NCBI RefSeq assembly: GCF_009914755.1 | Contig: NC_060925.1 | Source of the DNA: the human T2T-CHM13v2.0 reference genome, Homo sapiens | Direction: 5' to 3' (one strand) | Length of the DNA stretch: 64,000 bases | Shown here: positions 24,511-44,557 of the stretch, piece after piece | Position numbering within the stretch: the stretch's first letter is position 1 | How the letters are laid out: the number at the start of each line of letters is the position of its first letter | Made by a program: the position numbers and the translations under genes | Notes under the pieces: generated by a model | Databases searched by the model: none | What the model was told of the DNA's origin: nothing | What the model saw: the letters and a program-made list of their open reading frames with translations, nothing else

Positions 24511-26559
24511 AATGACTGCTTAGAACATTCTGCCTGATGCCCTAAGCAGGAAGAAAATTCCTTGATGTCACCCAAAGTAACAAATTATCCAATTTTGACT
24601 CCAAAATTGAAATATTTCCACTCTATACCATACCATCACATGAAATATATGCATTCACTACAACACATTGTTATTAAAATATTTAGAGATCAAGCCTAAC
24701 ATAGCAATATATTTAATAATTTTGTTTTTAATCCTAGAAATTTCAAATCATATTACAAAATATATATGTACACTTATCCATTGCATTTAATTCTTATCCT
24801 GAAATCTGTATACAAAATTTTAAGTATTGTTGGTAAACATTCACTTAAGATTTTGATAGATTTGTTGACAAATGAATGATATACAATACTATATTATCTT
24901 GGTACATAACAATCATAATTCTATGAATACAGGGATCCTAAATAGCTAGATTCCTTAGATATCTCCTATAGATGTGATAGCACTGGCTTGATACATGAGC
25001 TGTTTAAATTCTCAATTGTGCTACATTCAATTGGCCTCTTGTCTTGTCAAAGAACTATGTTATTGCATGCTGTTTTTCTAGGGTAATCAGACAGTCTGCA
25101 TCGTGTAGTAATAGAGTAATTGAGTTTTGGATACCTTGTGTTTAATGTATAGACTTTTTATATTGCTTACTCTTCCTCCCTCAATAGTCTTTTGAAACAT
25201 CATAGAACATTTGCCTGTCTTTTTCATAGTTAATATTTCTGTCTTTTCACATAATTGAGCATTGACATATGTTCATAATTGCCATTACTATACAACCTCT
25301 TTTAAAATGGTAGAAAATATTAACTTTCAGATGAGAGGTGGTTTAGACACATATTTAGAACTCATGAAACATACTTTTTCAGAAAACTCAAAATATTATA
25401 AGAACAGAAGGAACTGAAAGCACATGGATTCTAACCATCCAATTTATACTTGCATCCTCTGATCAGTAACCCTGCTAAATGACTATCTAGCCTTCATTTT
25501 AATGTCTCAATAATGAAGAACTCTAAAGACAAATCTTTCTATCTTTACACTTCTCTGGCTATTTAAAATTTGTCATTACACTGAACCCACTTGCCGTAAT
25601 TCTAACCTTTAAAACCATCTATAACTGAAATATACATTTAATATAAAATTATGATGACTAGAAACATAACATTTTTTCTCTAATCATCTCTGGGCTCATC
25701 TCTCAATAGCTCGGAAGAGTGCATCTTTTACCCAGTGAAAAATAATTTTCTTTATTAATACCCAGAAATTTTACAAACTTTCCCATTGTTCTGCAATAAG
25801 ATTCAACTGATCAAGAGACTTGAAGTCATTTACACCAAAAATTTTAACTTTTTATTCTTAACTTCTTGTTTGAAAATAGAAAAAAAATAAACTAAAGGTG
25901 GTTTAAATACAAAGGTAAGGCACTGGCTTGGGTAACAGCATAGGCCAGCTACTGTTTGATTTGGAAGCCCAAACAACATCATCCAGACCTATTTCTCATG
26001 TGAGGTTTCACAATCCATTACGTGTGCCTTATTCTCAGGATGTATGTGGGGTCCTCATCAACCAGTAAGAGGTATTTTCTTCTTTTTTTTATGTTTTTTG
26101 GGCCATGTTCATGTATATCAGAAGAGAAAACATCTCTTTTGAGATTGTTCTGGTAAGATTGATTTGGGACAGCTCATGTTCAGTCAGTAGTGGCTAGAGG
26201 AACCTGATGCTGGGTATTCTGATTCTGTAATGCTCAAAATACAGCCTGGAACATTTTACAAACTCAATAGGTGTTCACTGTTCTTATTATTAACCAACTA
26301 CAGTTTCTATGCTACCTCTGGAGCTAGAAGTCATTTGAATTAAGCCAATGGAGTACCATAGTAGGTATGGGTACTGTTGCCTGAGAAAAGGGTCAGAGAT
26401 ATTGCCCAATTTCAGTTTCAAACATCCACATCCACCACACCAACCCCTGCCTGCACTGAGTGTTCATTTTCTCTCATCAGCATTGTTCTACTGTGTCCAA
26501 TATTAAGATATTTTTATAAGTAGAAAAGGAGACACCATTTTTTCTCATTTTTTCACAAA

Positions 26560-27060
26560 ATTAATTATATGTCTATTTTATCTATTGAGATTCTAAGAGG
26601 TTCATTTATATTTTCAAACTTTGTCTTCCTCTCTGCTTCAATTTTGATGATTGTTATTGATGTGTCTTCAGATTTAATGAATCTTGGAGTCTAATCTACT
26701 GCTAAGTTCATATAGTGAGAACTTTTGATTTTCAAGACATTGTATTTTTTACTTCTAGAAATTCCATTTGTCTATTATTAGAGCATCAATTTATCTCTAA
26801 AATTCCCAGCCTCTTAATCCATTAGACCCTTATTTTCCTAAATTTGCTTTAAGATCTGTATAATTATTTTGAAGTACTTTTATGATTATTCCTAACTGGT
26901 AAGTTGTGATTTTTCTTCTGTTGACTATGCTCTCTGTTAGTCATGGGTGATATTTTCTTGCTTCCCTGAATTTCTAATGCTTTGTAATATAATCTAGATA
27001 CTATGTAAAAAGGACTATGGAGACTGAAGTAATATTTTGTATTCTTATAAAAGTTAAGCC
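26560..27060 (-). mobile_element. Old L1M ORF1-region remnant
   Basis: T-rich; ttgtattttttacttctagaaattccattt typical of antisense old ORF1. Confidence 0.5.
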
Positions 27061-27324
27061 CAATGCTCTCCCTGGCTTATGGATTTTTCAAATTGGTTGT
27101 GTACCTAGCAACCTTGATAACCTTTCTTATTGGTTCTAAAAATGTCTGCAGTTATTTTGGAGGAAGTTATCAACATAGAAAGTTATATAATCAACAATTA
27201 TTGATCTATTGCTTATGTATTTTATTCCTTTTTATTTTCCTAATTACTACTATATTGTCATTAACTATCATAATATTTTTATTTTTAAAATGAAGAGCAA
27301 TTACCAGCAAACATTTTGCATTTT

Positions 27325-33345
<6,021 letters not shown>

Positions 33346-33356
33346 TTCTGTATTCC

Positions 33357-33654
33357 TTTTTTTTTTTTTTTTTGAGACGGAGTCTTAGTCTGTCGCCCAC
33401 GCTGGAGTGCAGTGGCACAATCTCGGCTCACTGCAAGCTCCACTTCCCGGGTTCTCGCCATTCTCCTGCCTCAGTCTCCTGAGTAGCTGGGACTACGGGT
33501 GCCCGCCACCACGCTCGGCTAATTTTTTGTATTTTTAGTAGAGATGAGGTTTCACCATGTTAGCCAGGATGGTCTCGATCTCCTGAGCTTGTGATCCGCC
33601 CGCCTTGGCCTCCCAAAGTGCTGAGATTACATGTGTGAGCCACCACGCCCGGTC
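33357..33654 (-). mobile_element. AluY
   Basis: Y-type ctgcaagctcc, cgccattctcc, gttagccaggatggtctcgatc; TSD gtgttctgtattc (33343-33355 / 33656-33668). Confidence 0.95.
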
Positions 33655-34724
33655 AGTGTTCTGTATTCTTGATGATAAAAGGAATTGCCTCAATAGTTCA
33701 ACAATAATATTATATATGCTCTGGGTTTTATTTTGATGTTGTTGTTCCTATTGTAGTGGATCTTAATTATTTTCTATGAGTATTTTTTAATGTGAACAAG
33801 ATTTGCATCTTAACACATGCTCTTACTGCATTTGTAGAAGTAATCAAATGATTTCCCTTTAATTTATTATTTTAGTCAATAATATTCATCCATTTTTAAT
33901 AATAAACCAATTGTGCATTCCTCAAATAAATCACAGAAAATCATACACATTGCTGTATTTGGTTTGTTAATATTTCATGGTTGAGTGTTGCATGTTTGTG
34001 AATAAAATTGACCTGTAACTTCCCTCTCTAGTGTGACTGTGCTTGGTTTGTCAATCAATATGTTCCATTGTCACAAAATGAAAGAAGAATGCCTCTTTAT
34101 TTTATGATTCTGAGATTATCTGTGAAGAATTGGAAACATCATATCCTGGAATGTCTTGCAGATGTTGACTTTATACTAACTGAACATATTGTGTTCTCTG
34201 TGGAGAGTTTAATTATTGATATAATTGCTAATAGGACCACAGAAATTACATTATTTTGTGGCTAGTTTTAATAAATTATACTTTGTTAGAAATATGTTCA
34301 TTTTTAAAATTTTTTCAGATGTATTGGCATTATATTTTTTAAATATTTTCTTATTTTCTGTTTAATCCCTAAAATATATCTAGTTCTGTTTCTATTTAAT
34401 TCCTAAAATTGTTTAATGCCTTTTAATTATGAATGTATTTGTCACTTTCCCCTATTTTGTAAGCCCTTAGAAGTGCCAATATTTGGCTTTGCTGGCCCTC
34501 TTTATTTTACATATTTTCTATTTCATTAATTTCTAACTCTATTATTCTCTTACATTTGTATTTTTGAAGTTTATTATATATTTATTTCCACTACTTATAG
34601 TGGTGGTTTAGCTTATCAATCTTGAGCTCTTGTTATTTTTTAATCTCAGCTTGTGTATCATTAAATACTCCTCTATATACTGATTTAGTTGCAGCCCATG
34701 AATTTGATTTGTTATTTTTTTCAC

Positions 34725-35596
34725 TGTGACACAATAATAAATATATATTTGGTCTTTGTCTCCAGTTCCCAGCACACAGTTCTAAAACCTTTCTAATTTC
34801 CTGAGTGATAATCATGCTAGGAGCATCTTTTGTTCTAATATTTGGTTTTGACCTAGATTGCTGACACAAGAGCTCCTAAATCCCTTGGAATTTCTTGAGT
34901 GATCAGAGTAGGTTTTATTCTAATGAGGTTCTCTCGGTGGACTCCTAAATACTTTTAGGAAGCGGGGTGGTCACTAGAAAGACCAAGCCATAATTAGAAG
35001 CCTAGAATTTTCAGCCTCACTCCCCAACTCCAGAGAGGGGAGAGGGCTGGAGAATGAATTAATAATTGATCTGTTGACATTGCCTACGTGATGAAGCCTC
35101 CATAAAAACCCCCAAACTACAGGATTCTGAGTCCTTCCTGGTTGCTGAACACAGCCATGTGCTGGAAGGTTGGTGCACTCCAACTGCAGAAGGACAGAAG
35201 CTCCTATGCTCAGGATCTTGCCATATCCACTTCTTCATCTGACTGTTCATCTATATCCTTTATAGTATCCTTTTTAATAAACACGCAAATATAAGTAAAT
35301 CTTTCTCTGAGTTGTGTGAACCATTATAGCAAATTATCAAACCCGAGGAGGTTATGGGAGGCTTCAGTACACAGCTAGTTGCTCAGAAACGCACAAGATA
35401 ACCGGACATTTGTCATTGGTGTCTGAAGTAGAGGCAGTCTTAGAGGTCTGCATTACCTCTAGGTAGTTTAAGTCAGAATTAAGTTGCAGGACACCCAATT
35501 GGTGTCTACAGAGAATTGGAGAATTGTTTGGTGTGGAAAACCCACACGTTTGCTGCCAGATGTGCTATTTGACAGAAAAAGAAGATTTTTCTTTCA
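34725..35596 (+). mobile_element. MER21 (B/C) solo LTR
   Basis: tgtgacacaataataaatatatatttggtctttgtctccagttcc start; gaccaagccataattagaag, gttgcaggacacccaattggtgtct, ggaaaacccacacgtttg. Confidence 0.85.
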
Positions 35597-35696
35597 TTCA
35601 TATTTTTCAAATCTAATTTTCTTCTAATTTTTATTATGTTGTGTTCATTGTCCCATGATTTGATTAGACTTTTAAAATTTAAACACATAGAGTTTA

Positions 35697-36012
<316 letters not shown>

Positions 36013-37291
36013 CTAATTACTTTTGTTATTTCTGACTTAATTTTTCTAAAATACAAAGTAATCAGTTCTGTTTGAAATAACAACATTTTAGAGATAGCTT
36101 TATGGTTTAACATGCACTCTACTTTTATAAATGTTTTATTTATATTTGAAAAGCATAATATCAAGCAGATGTATTCTCTAATTGTTAAATACAATTTTAG
36201 ATACATTTGTAAAATTGTACATCAAACAATTTGTGCTATTTCTGCAGGTGAAAATTTCTATGCCTTCATTGCTTTTTTAAAATCAGCCTGCTTTCTATAT
36301 TTATTGGGTGACATGTGATTAAAAAATGGTGAATTTGCTGATTTTTCTTTATATAGCTCTCAAATATCTGCTTTTAGTTTTTTTTTCTGACTGAGATCTA
36401 TTTTTCTAATTTTCTTTAGTGAAAAAAAATCTGTATTTTTTTAAATTTGAAAATATTTCATTCTTGAAAGGTGAGTTAGGTAGATGTGTAATTCTAGTTT
36501 GATAGTTTTTATTTCTCCATAAATATTCTATTATTTAAACAAATTTTTTATTGTTCTTATTATGCTTGATAATTTGGCTTTTAAATAAGTTGCTGTTCCT
36601 TTGAAATGTGATTTGTCTTTTTTTTCTTAGCTATCTTTAAAATATATTTGCTGTTGGTATTCCACACTATCAATACAAGGTGTCCATATGTATATTTCAA
36701 GTAGGTAAAGTATTCCTATGTCTATTTCTCTGTTGTTTCCTTTGGGTATCACTTGTATCTCATTTTTTTTCACGTGTGCCTTGTGATATTTTAATTAAGA
36801 ACTACTCGTTTTTCTCAAACTTAATATTATCATCTTTCACATCTAGGTTGAATTTGAATTACTCAAGAAAGGATTTGTGAAATTTTGGGGGCCTACTTTT
36901 CTGGGAAGCTAGCAAGGTAAGTTGAGAAATTTTCTAATCAATTTCCCCACTTGACCTTTCTTTGTGTGTTTGTTTTTCCTCTTCACTGGCAGAGTTAAAG
37001 CAACCAAGTTTTCTGTCATATTCGAGATGGTGGAGCTCATCTGTCACTTTATTTTGTAATATAGGTGTACCACTTTTAGTTTATAGCCTTATGTGGGGAT
37101 TCTGCTTTTAGTTTCTCCACCTTAGGCTTTACCTTCTGCCTTGGGCTATATCCTCAGTTCTTCACATTCTGGGGGGTTTTCAGTGTACCTTTTGGTAGCC
37201 TGGGTTCATCACAAAATTTCAAGTTGAATACAAGTTTTCAAACCCACTTACTTCCCAGAATCATTGTTTTCACATGACTTCGAGGGTTTAA

Positions 37292-37726
<435 letters not shown>

Positions 37727-40599
37727 ACATGTTCAGTTTTAACAAACCTGTATTGCTGATATTTTTTCCCAGGTGTTTTTCTTAATCTAGTAAAATGAAA
37801 CGAATGAACATAGGTTTTAACGAAATTTACTTTTTAGTGAGGTTTTTAGATTTAGTTAAGGTAAGTTACAAAATATGCATGGAAATTTGTCACACTTTCC
37901 AATAAGAAACAGAAAAAAAAATAGACAATGGCATGGATTCCGGCTTTACTTACTAAGTGGCACACAGGACTTTTAGAAACACCATTTTTCCTTTTTTCTT
38001 CTACCTACATAAAGCAATGTTGTTGCATCTGATAATGCTAGAAAATGACCTTCATAAGCTAAGAACATTATGGAATCCTAAAGCATTAATGATTCATATA
38101 AGATAAAAAGGTTGAAGAAATAACCTTCCATGTTCCCACGTCTTCCCAAATCCACATGATCATGTCTTCTGAATAAATATAAAGTAGACTCTTTTCTCCC
38201 AGATATATCCAGCGAACACATATCTAGGTATTCAAACATATTCATAGTACACACATTGCAGTCAATACTGTCATTCTAAATGGGAAATGTTCAAAACATA
38301 TCCCTAAAAATTTCTCTTTAAAAGGTGATTAATGAATTTTGATAAATTTTGATATTTTGATAAATCAATGTATTGATACATTTTCCTATAATCAGCAAGA
38401 TTTCTGAAGGAACATGAAACTTCATCTACAATTATTAAAATAACAGTGAACTCTTTTAATCAGTTTGATATTTACATAGTTAATTATATTTATGAGAAAG
38501 TCTGTATTTCCCAGTCTATTAGGATAGAAATAAAGCCTTAACAAATATTTTTCTGCCATTCTTATTCCTTTTTCAACAATATTCTCAAAAGATTCTTTAA
38601 ACTATTTTAGAAACATTGCACATCTATGTCGAGTTCTCTAGCTTTAACTTTCTCTCTGTACATATACATGTTAAAATCAAGGTTCAGTGACTGCCAAACT
38701 AGCACTGACCTCTCAATAGGGGTGACATTAAGACTTTTTTTGTGGTTTGTGATTTTTAGCAAAGTAACACATAACTTCTGGAAGCTCCCATCCAACGCAT
38801 ACTTTCACAGTTCTTTGTTCATCTTTTTCTTTTGTGTCAGTGACTTTTAGAGGGGAAAAAGATAGCTCTAACTTTAAGCTTTGCTCTTTTAGCACTTGCA
38901 AATTGTAATTTTTTTTTCATGGCACCCACTAACACATAAAGATGATGTTATTATGATACATAGGAGAAAGAGAATGAGTGTGAGAGATAAGAGATTGGAT
39001 ATTTTGTGGGTAAAATACCCATATTGTTGAATTTGTACAATAAAAACTCTCTTGAGAGGAGTGAACATTAGTATTAAATAGACATGGTGTCCTATTTGTT
39101 TTTAAGGTTTGATGATTTTCTACATTCTATGTAAGATAATCTTACAAGGCAAAGGTAGCCTCTTGTGAACCACATTCCTCCTAGAATAATAAGAGTACTT
39201 ATTTCTTGTATTTTAAATGTCAGTAAGCACTGATTTATTAAAAAGCATGCAGGTGAATGTGTTTATTCTTTCAGCATAAATTGCATAGTCGCTTAATTTT
39301 ATTTACTATTGTAAAATACCTATATCACTGCAGATAGGGTAAGCAAGGATTCAAATGCACACATTTGATGGATCTCTCAAACAAACAAAAGGTGTGTATC
39401 CATGACAACCAAACCACTGAGATCCATTGGTATGTGAATAAGATACTCTTTAGCATTATGCAGATTTTTTTTAAAAAACTGACATGTAGTTACTGGGATA
39501 GAATTTATGAATGTGTACATTAAGTGCATTATGTGTTCCTGAATTCATTTATGATTTACTTGACCAAGAGCACTAGAAATGTTCAACCCCAAGAATGACA
39601 CTGGCTAAAATCAAATTTTCTACTCTTTGTTTTGATTTTCATTAGAGGGAAAAGAGCTTTGAAAATTTTATTTTTTCAAGTATTTTTCACCCATTTTGTT
39701 TTTTAGATTTTTGGTGGTGGAGGAGGGAGTCAGAAGAACCAAATTCCTTGACTAGATTATAAAACAAGAAAAAAATAGTAAGCATTAAGCTTTTGCACTC
39801 CTGCCTCTGAGAAGTGAAACATGGGTGAATAAATTTCAATTTTACCCTTTAGGAAAAAGCCAAAACTTTCCATGCCTTAGCTATTTCTACTATTCTTATG
39901 TGGTCACTTGTAATATATGCTCCATAATTAGTTGGTCTGGTTTAATTCTACCTAATTTTATGGTAAGTTTGAGTATTTAGTAATGCCTACTTGTTTTCTT
40001 CTTCCATATTATTTTTAAGAACTTTTTTTGTCTGTACATATTTTATAATAGCCTAACTTCCCTCATCATCAAGCATATGCTTTTCATGTTAGCCCTATTT
40101 CATCTGGGGACTTGGGGCAGACTATGTCTATAAAGATCACAAATACCTTTAAAAGAATAAAGAATACCAGTAGAGTCCAAATTACTTTTAAAGTATTTCA
40201 CTCTTAGGTTTATATAAAATTATCTAATTTAACTTATATGAGCCCCAAAACTTAAAGCATCTTGAAAGGTTCTGCCTTGCCTATTGCATTTAAGTAGACA
40301 AATCTTGACTCTAGAATTTAAGGCTGTGCAGTTAATTGCCCCAAATTTCTCTTCCATTTACATTTTCTCTCTTATACCTATGATCTATGTTCCAGTCAAT
40401 CTGAATTAATATCTTAGAAATTCATCTCCAAGATCCCAATACAGTGACTGGCACATGGTTAGTTATAAATATTAAACATGTGAAGAATTTACATATTTGT
40501 TGGAGCAAATCTTAGTGTAGCAGACCCAGGTTTTTTTAAATAAAAACTTTCCTTGTGATTTATTTAAAATTTACATAGAAACTTTCACTTGTACCTAGG

Positions 40600-42780
40600 A
40601 TAATGGTGACTTCCTAGATGTAAATCTCTTTTCATGTTCTCCCCCAAAATCTATACATATCAATGAGGTGTGCAATAAAATCACACACAATCTTGTGATT
40701 TTTCCTGTTTCAAGGAAAATGAACACATGAACCACAAAATATCTGGAATTAGAGAAATAAACACAAAATACCCACATGTCTCTCAACAGAGTTTGTGCTG
40801 TAACTACACAAATATATTACATGACATGAGAGGAAAGGGTGCATGAATGACTGTGCAATGAAGAAGAGGATCATAGAAATGAAAGCACAACTAATGTAAA
40901 AATAAAGTTACCTCCAGAAAGAGAAAGTTTATCACTAAGTGCTGAAGCATATAATGCAAATTTAGGCCTTGCTAATACCCAACACTAAAACTAAGGAACA
41001 TAATTGAAATATGAAAGACCAAGCAGCAGTCTCAGAGAGGCATCCTATTTTGGGTAGAAAAAATAAAAGAAAAGGCATCCTTTTCAGTAGATAAAAATCC
41101 ATTCACTGAAACCAACTACAAGGGGGAGAAAGCTGCAACGTAACCCTTCAGATACGATTAATAATTTTAAAAATTGTGTAAGAATCAGGGGGAAAGAACT
41201 TGAATCAAATATTTTAAAACGAAGGACAGAAATGAATAAAAATAGAAATAAATCAGTGTAATTTCTCAAACTCAGGGAGGACATTAAAAAGAAAATTGAA
41301 AAACATTTGAGTATTAAAGAATAAAATATAAAATAACCAAATAAGAATATGTTTGAATAAAAATGTAATAAAGGTCATTAAAAGTGGTAAATATACAAGA
41401 TTTTCAAAAATAAGATAAATAAATAAATTAAAAGTATTAGAATGAAAATAATTAAAGAGTAGAAGGCAGGCAATGAATATCATGCAGACATATAATTGGA
41501 GCCGCTAAAATAGAATAAGAAAACAACCCAAAAACTCTGAAATAATTTTAAGCTACAATTTTTAAAGTCTTGTCAAAATTGAAAGAAAAATAAAATCCAC
41601 ATATTGAAAGAATCTATCATGTTTCTGAGATAACTGACTCAGAACAATCAACTACAATACACATCCTAGAAAAAGTTTAGACTAAAATCAGATTAAAAAT
41701 TTTTCACAGACTCTAAAAGGAAAAAATAAAACTTTTAATAATAGTACAAAAATAAGACAGGAATAAGAATTCTTAAAATTAACAACTCAAAAAATTATAT
41801 GGAAATCAAGAAACTCAAGAAAATAAGTATAACTGTTTGATGTATCTTTTATATATTTAAGACTATAGAAAAACAGTTTATGCATGCAAAAATTTCAATA
41901 CATACAGTACTCCTGAATCCTTCCTGAGGAATCCATTGGCAAATAAGTATCATTTAACCCAGATATAAATGAGGAAGATTTTAGCAAAAGAATTATAAGT
42001 GATCATTTAATATATTTAACTATAGAATAAATATATTAAATTTTTAATTGTATATTAAAACAATGGAACAGGGTTAGAAGTATCTATGTGAAATATAAAA
42101 TACAAAAAATATCAAGTATAAAAAAATGGAGAGAAGGAAAAAAGAAAAAGGAAAGCAGAATAAATTCACTGATTAATGCATAGGAAATAGGTGAGAATTA
42201 AAGGATAACATTTAACAAGAAAAAATCAGATTAAAAAAGCTAAGAAAGAAAGGAGGTTAAAGGCACTAAAATTATGTAAATGAAAGTGTAATCAAAGTGA
42301 CAAAAATACAAACCTTCCTTACACCAAAATATATTTAAAAATTCTATGCACTGATAAGGAATGATTCTCTGACAAGATTTTGAACGGGAAAATAAAAGCA
42401 GAGTTCTGTATATACAAAACTTTATATATATATATATATATAAAACATATACAATTTACATATAATTTTCTCACTTTTCTGAATAAAATAAGACAGAAAA
42501 TGTATCCCAGGTGTCTGTTTAATTTTGCAAAGACATAAATTTTTTGTGTGTGTTTCTCAAAAACACAGGAAGGATAAACTTGCCTACAATTAAATGAGTG
42601 GGGTAAGAGAATGGGATGGAAGGGATAGAATGGAAGCTACACTTGTCTGAGTACATCTTTCTGTACTGATTTAACATTGGAATCATGTTAATGTTCCTCA
42701 TATTCAAAATATAAAACTAAATTTTAAAAGATGGAAGTATGTCCTAAAATGGAATATAAACATGAATACAACTGCATTTC
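40600..42780 (+). mobile_element. HAL1-like (half-L1) remnant
   Basis: A-rich ORF1-like decay (attgaaagaatctatcatgtttctg...gaacaatcaactacaatacacatcctag) with no ORF2 following. Confidence 0.55.
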
Positions 42781-42789
42781 AAATGAATA

Positions 42790-43420
42790 ATATGACCACA
42801 CTGAAAAAAAGTACTAATTCATGTAACTTTTGATGAGAGTACCTTGACTTCTTGCCCTCAGTCTAAAAAGAAATTGTAAATATATTCAACTTTACTCCTA
42901 GGTATATGTTTTTATAGTGGTACTGGTATAGCAATTCTGAAACTATATTACCTACATTGTAAGATTATAAAAATAAGTATATTCCTTGTTAGAAGTCATA
43001 GCGTCATTATAGAAGAAAACAAATATCAAGATTGAATGGCAAAAGTCAAAAACTGAATTTGTTGGGGTATACAAAAATAGGAATTATTAGTAGAAAGTCA
43101 TGAATTCCAAATACCTTGCTCTGTCCCTTGTTCATCCCTAGCAGGGATGAACATCACCAGGGATCAGAGAATGATCTTTCCTGCAGTAGAATGCAATAAA
43201 TAAATGTAGAACAAATGATAGATTCAGAACGTCACCCATTTTCAAACCTCAAAATTAGAATCAATTGAGGCAAGAATCACTAAGAAATTCTAAAACTAAA
43301 CAGTGAAAATTTTATGAGGAACATATATTTATAGAATCACAAAGTATATTCCACAAATTGTGTTTTAATTACAAAGGGAAAAGAGTAACTTTAAAATGAA
43401 GGCATATGATGGATACCACC
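42790..43420 (+). mobile_element. L1MC4/5-like 3' UTR fragments
   Basis: aataaataaatgtagaa, ttaattacaaagggaaaagagtaacttt. Confidence 0.5.
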
Positions 43421-43709
43421 TTAGCTCTCCATTTTATTACTAAGCTCCCTGTCTTTTGTCTCTGCATATGATTTGACACTGCAGATTATTAGTTACCATA
43501 TCTAGTACACTGAGATGAGATTATTTAATTAATAATAAGCTATATCACTTTTCAAAGATTGAAGAAAGAATGAGATGTAAAGAATTAGAAAAAGTCATTG
43601 GTGATTAGTCTGAAGTAATTTGGCTGTGATAGAAAGAAGAGAAATTTGTAGCTGAAAATAAATACGGGTCTAAGAAAGTATTATTTCTTTAAAAAGCAGA
43701 TATTTGAGC

Positions 43710-43741
<32 letters not shown>

Positions 43742-43761
43742 TCGACAGAGGTGCAGTGGAA

Positions 43762-43870
43762 AAGTGACTTTAGCTTTTGCTGATTTCAATAATGTAAATA
43801 TTCCCACTATGAACATTTTCAAGTTGCCAACAGTTTAACAATCTCTTAAATCCCTAAATATTTAACAGGA
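43762..43870 (-). mobile_element. MER63 (hAT-Blackjack) fragment
   Basis: gctgatttcaataatgtaaatattcccactatg...ttcaagttgccaacagtttaacaa matches recalled MER63 antisense. Confidence 0.65.
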
Positions 43871-44557
43871 GCAGCAGGGCATGGAGACATCATTATGGGA
43901 ATCCAAAACATGGTTGGATAAATTAGCAACTCTGATGCTAAAGAGAATAGGAAAAAGATTCTAATTATCTAGAGTGATGCTTAATGCTTTTGGCCCTAAA
44001 TCCGTTTCCTCTAATGTTGATAGCACAAAACCAGCACATTTTTCTTAGAATTGGCCTGATAGGACTTTCCCTTCAGTTTTCTTTCAATCCCTTTAATTAC
44101 TTTTTTATTTTTGAAAATTTGTCTTTTAAACTTGAGCAATCTGTTTCCAATTTTTTGGTAATTAATGATGTATATTATATGTACCATTGTGTTTTCTACT
44201 TGTGTGAGGTAATTTTCTGGGTTTTTTCATCTTTGCTTGGCAAATTTTGACTGCTTGACCATTTTGTAATTCCTTTATTGTGCATCATGTACAATTCCAC
44301 ATGATGAGTCAATTATTAATGATGACTCTAGCAATTAAAACATGCACACTGAATTTAGTAAGTCAAAATTTAGGCAATATCTTTTTCTTCTTTTTAAATA
44401 GTCTAACTAATTTAGGACATTTAGCTCAACTTAATGTTACCTTAAAGGTTAATATTTTAATCTGTGTTCTATCATCATTTTCTTTTCTCTTTAAAAACAA
44501 AACACTGCTATTATTGTTATTTTACAGAGTCAAGGTTTTATTTCAATGTTTACCCAC

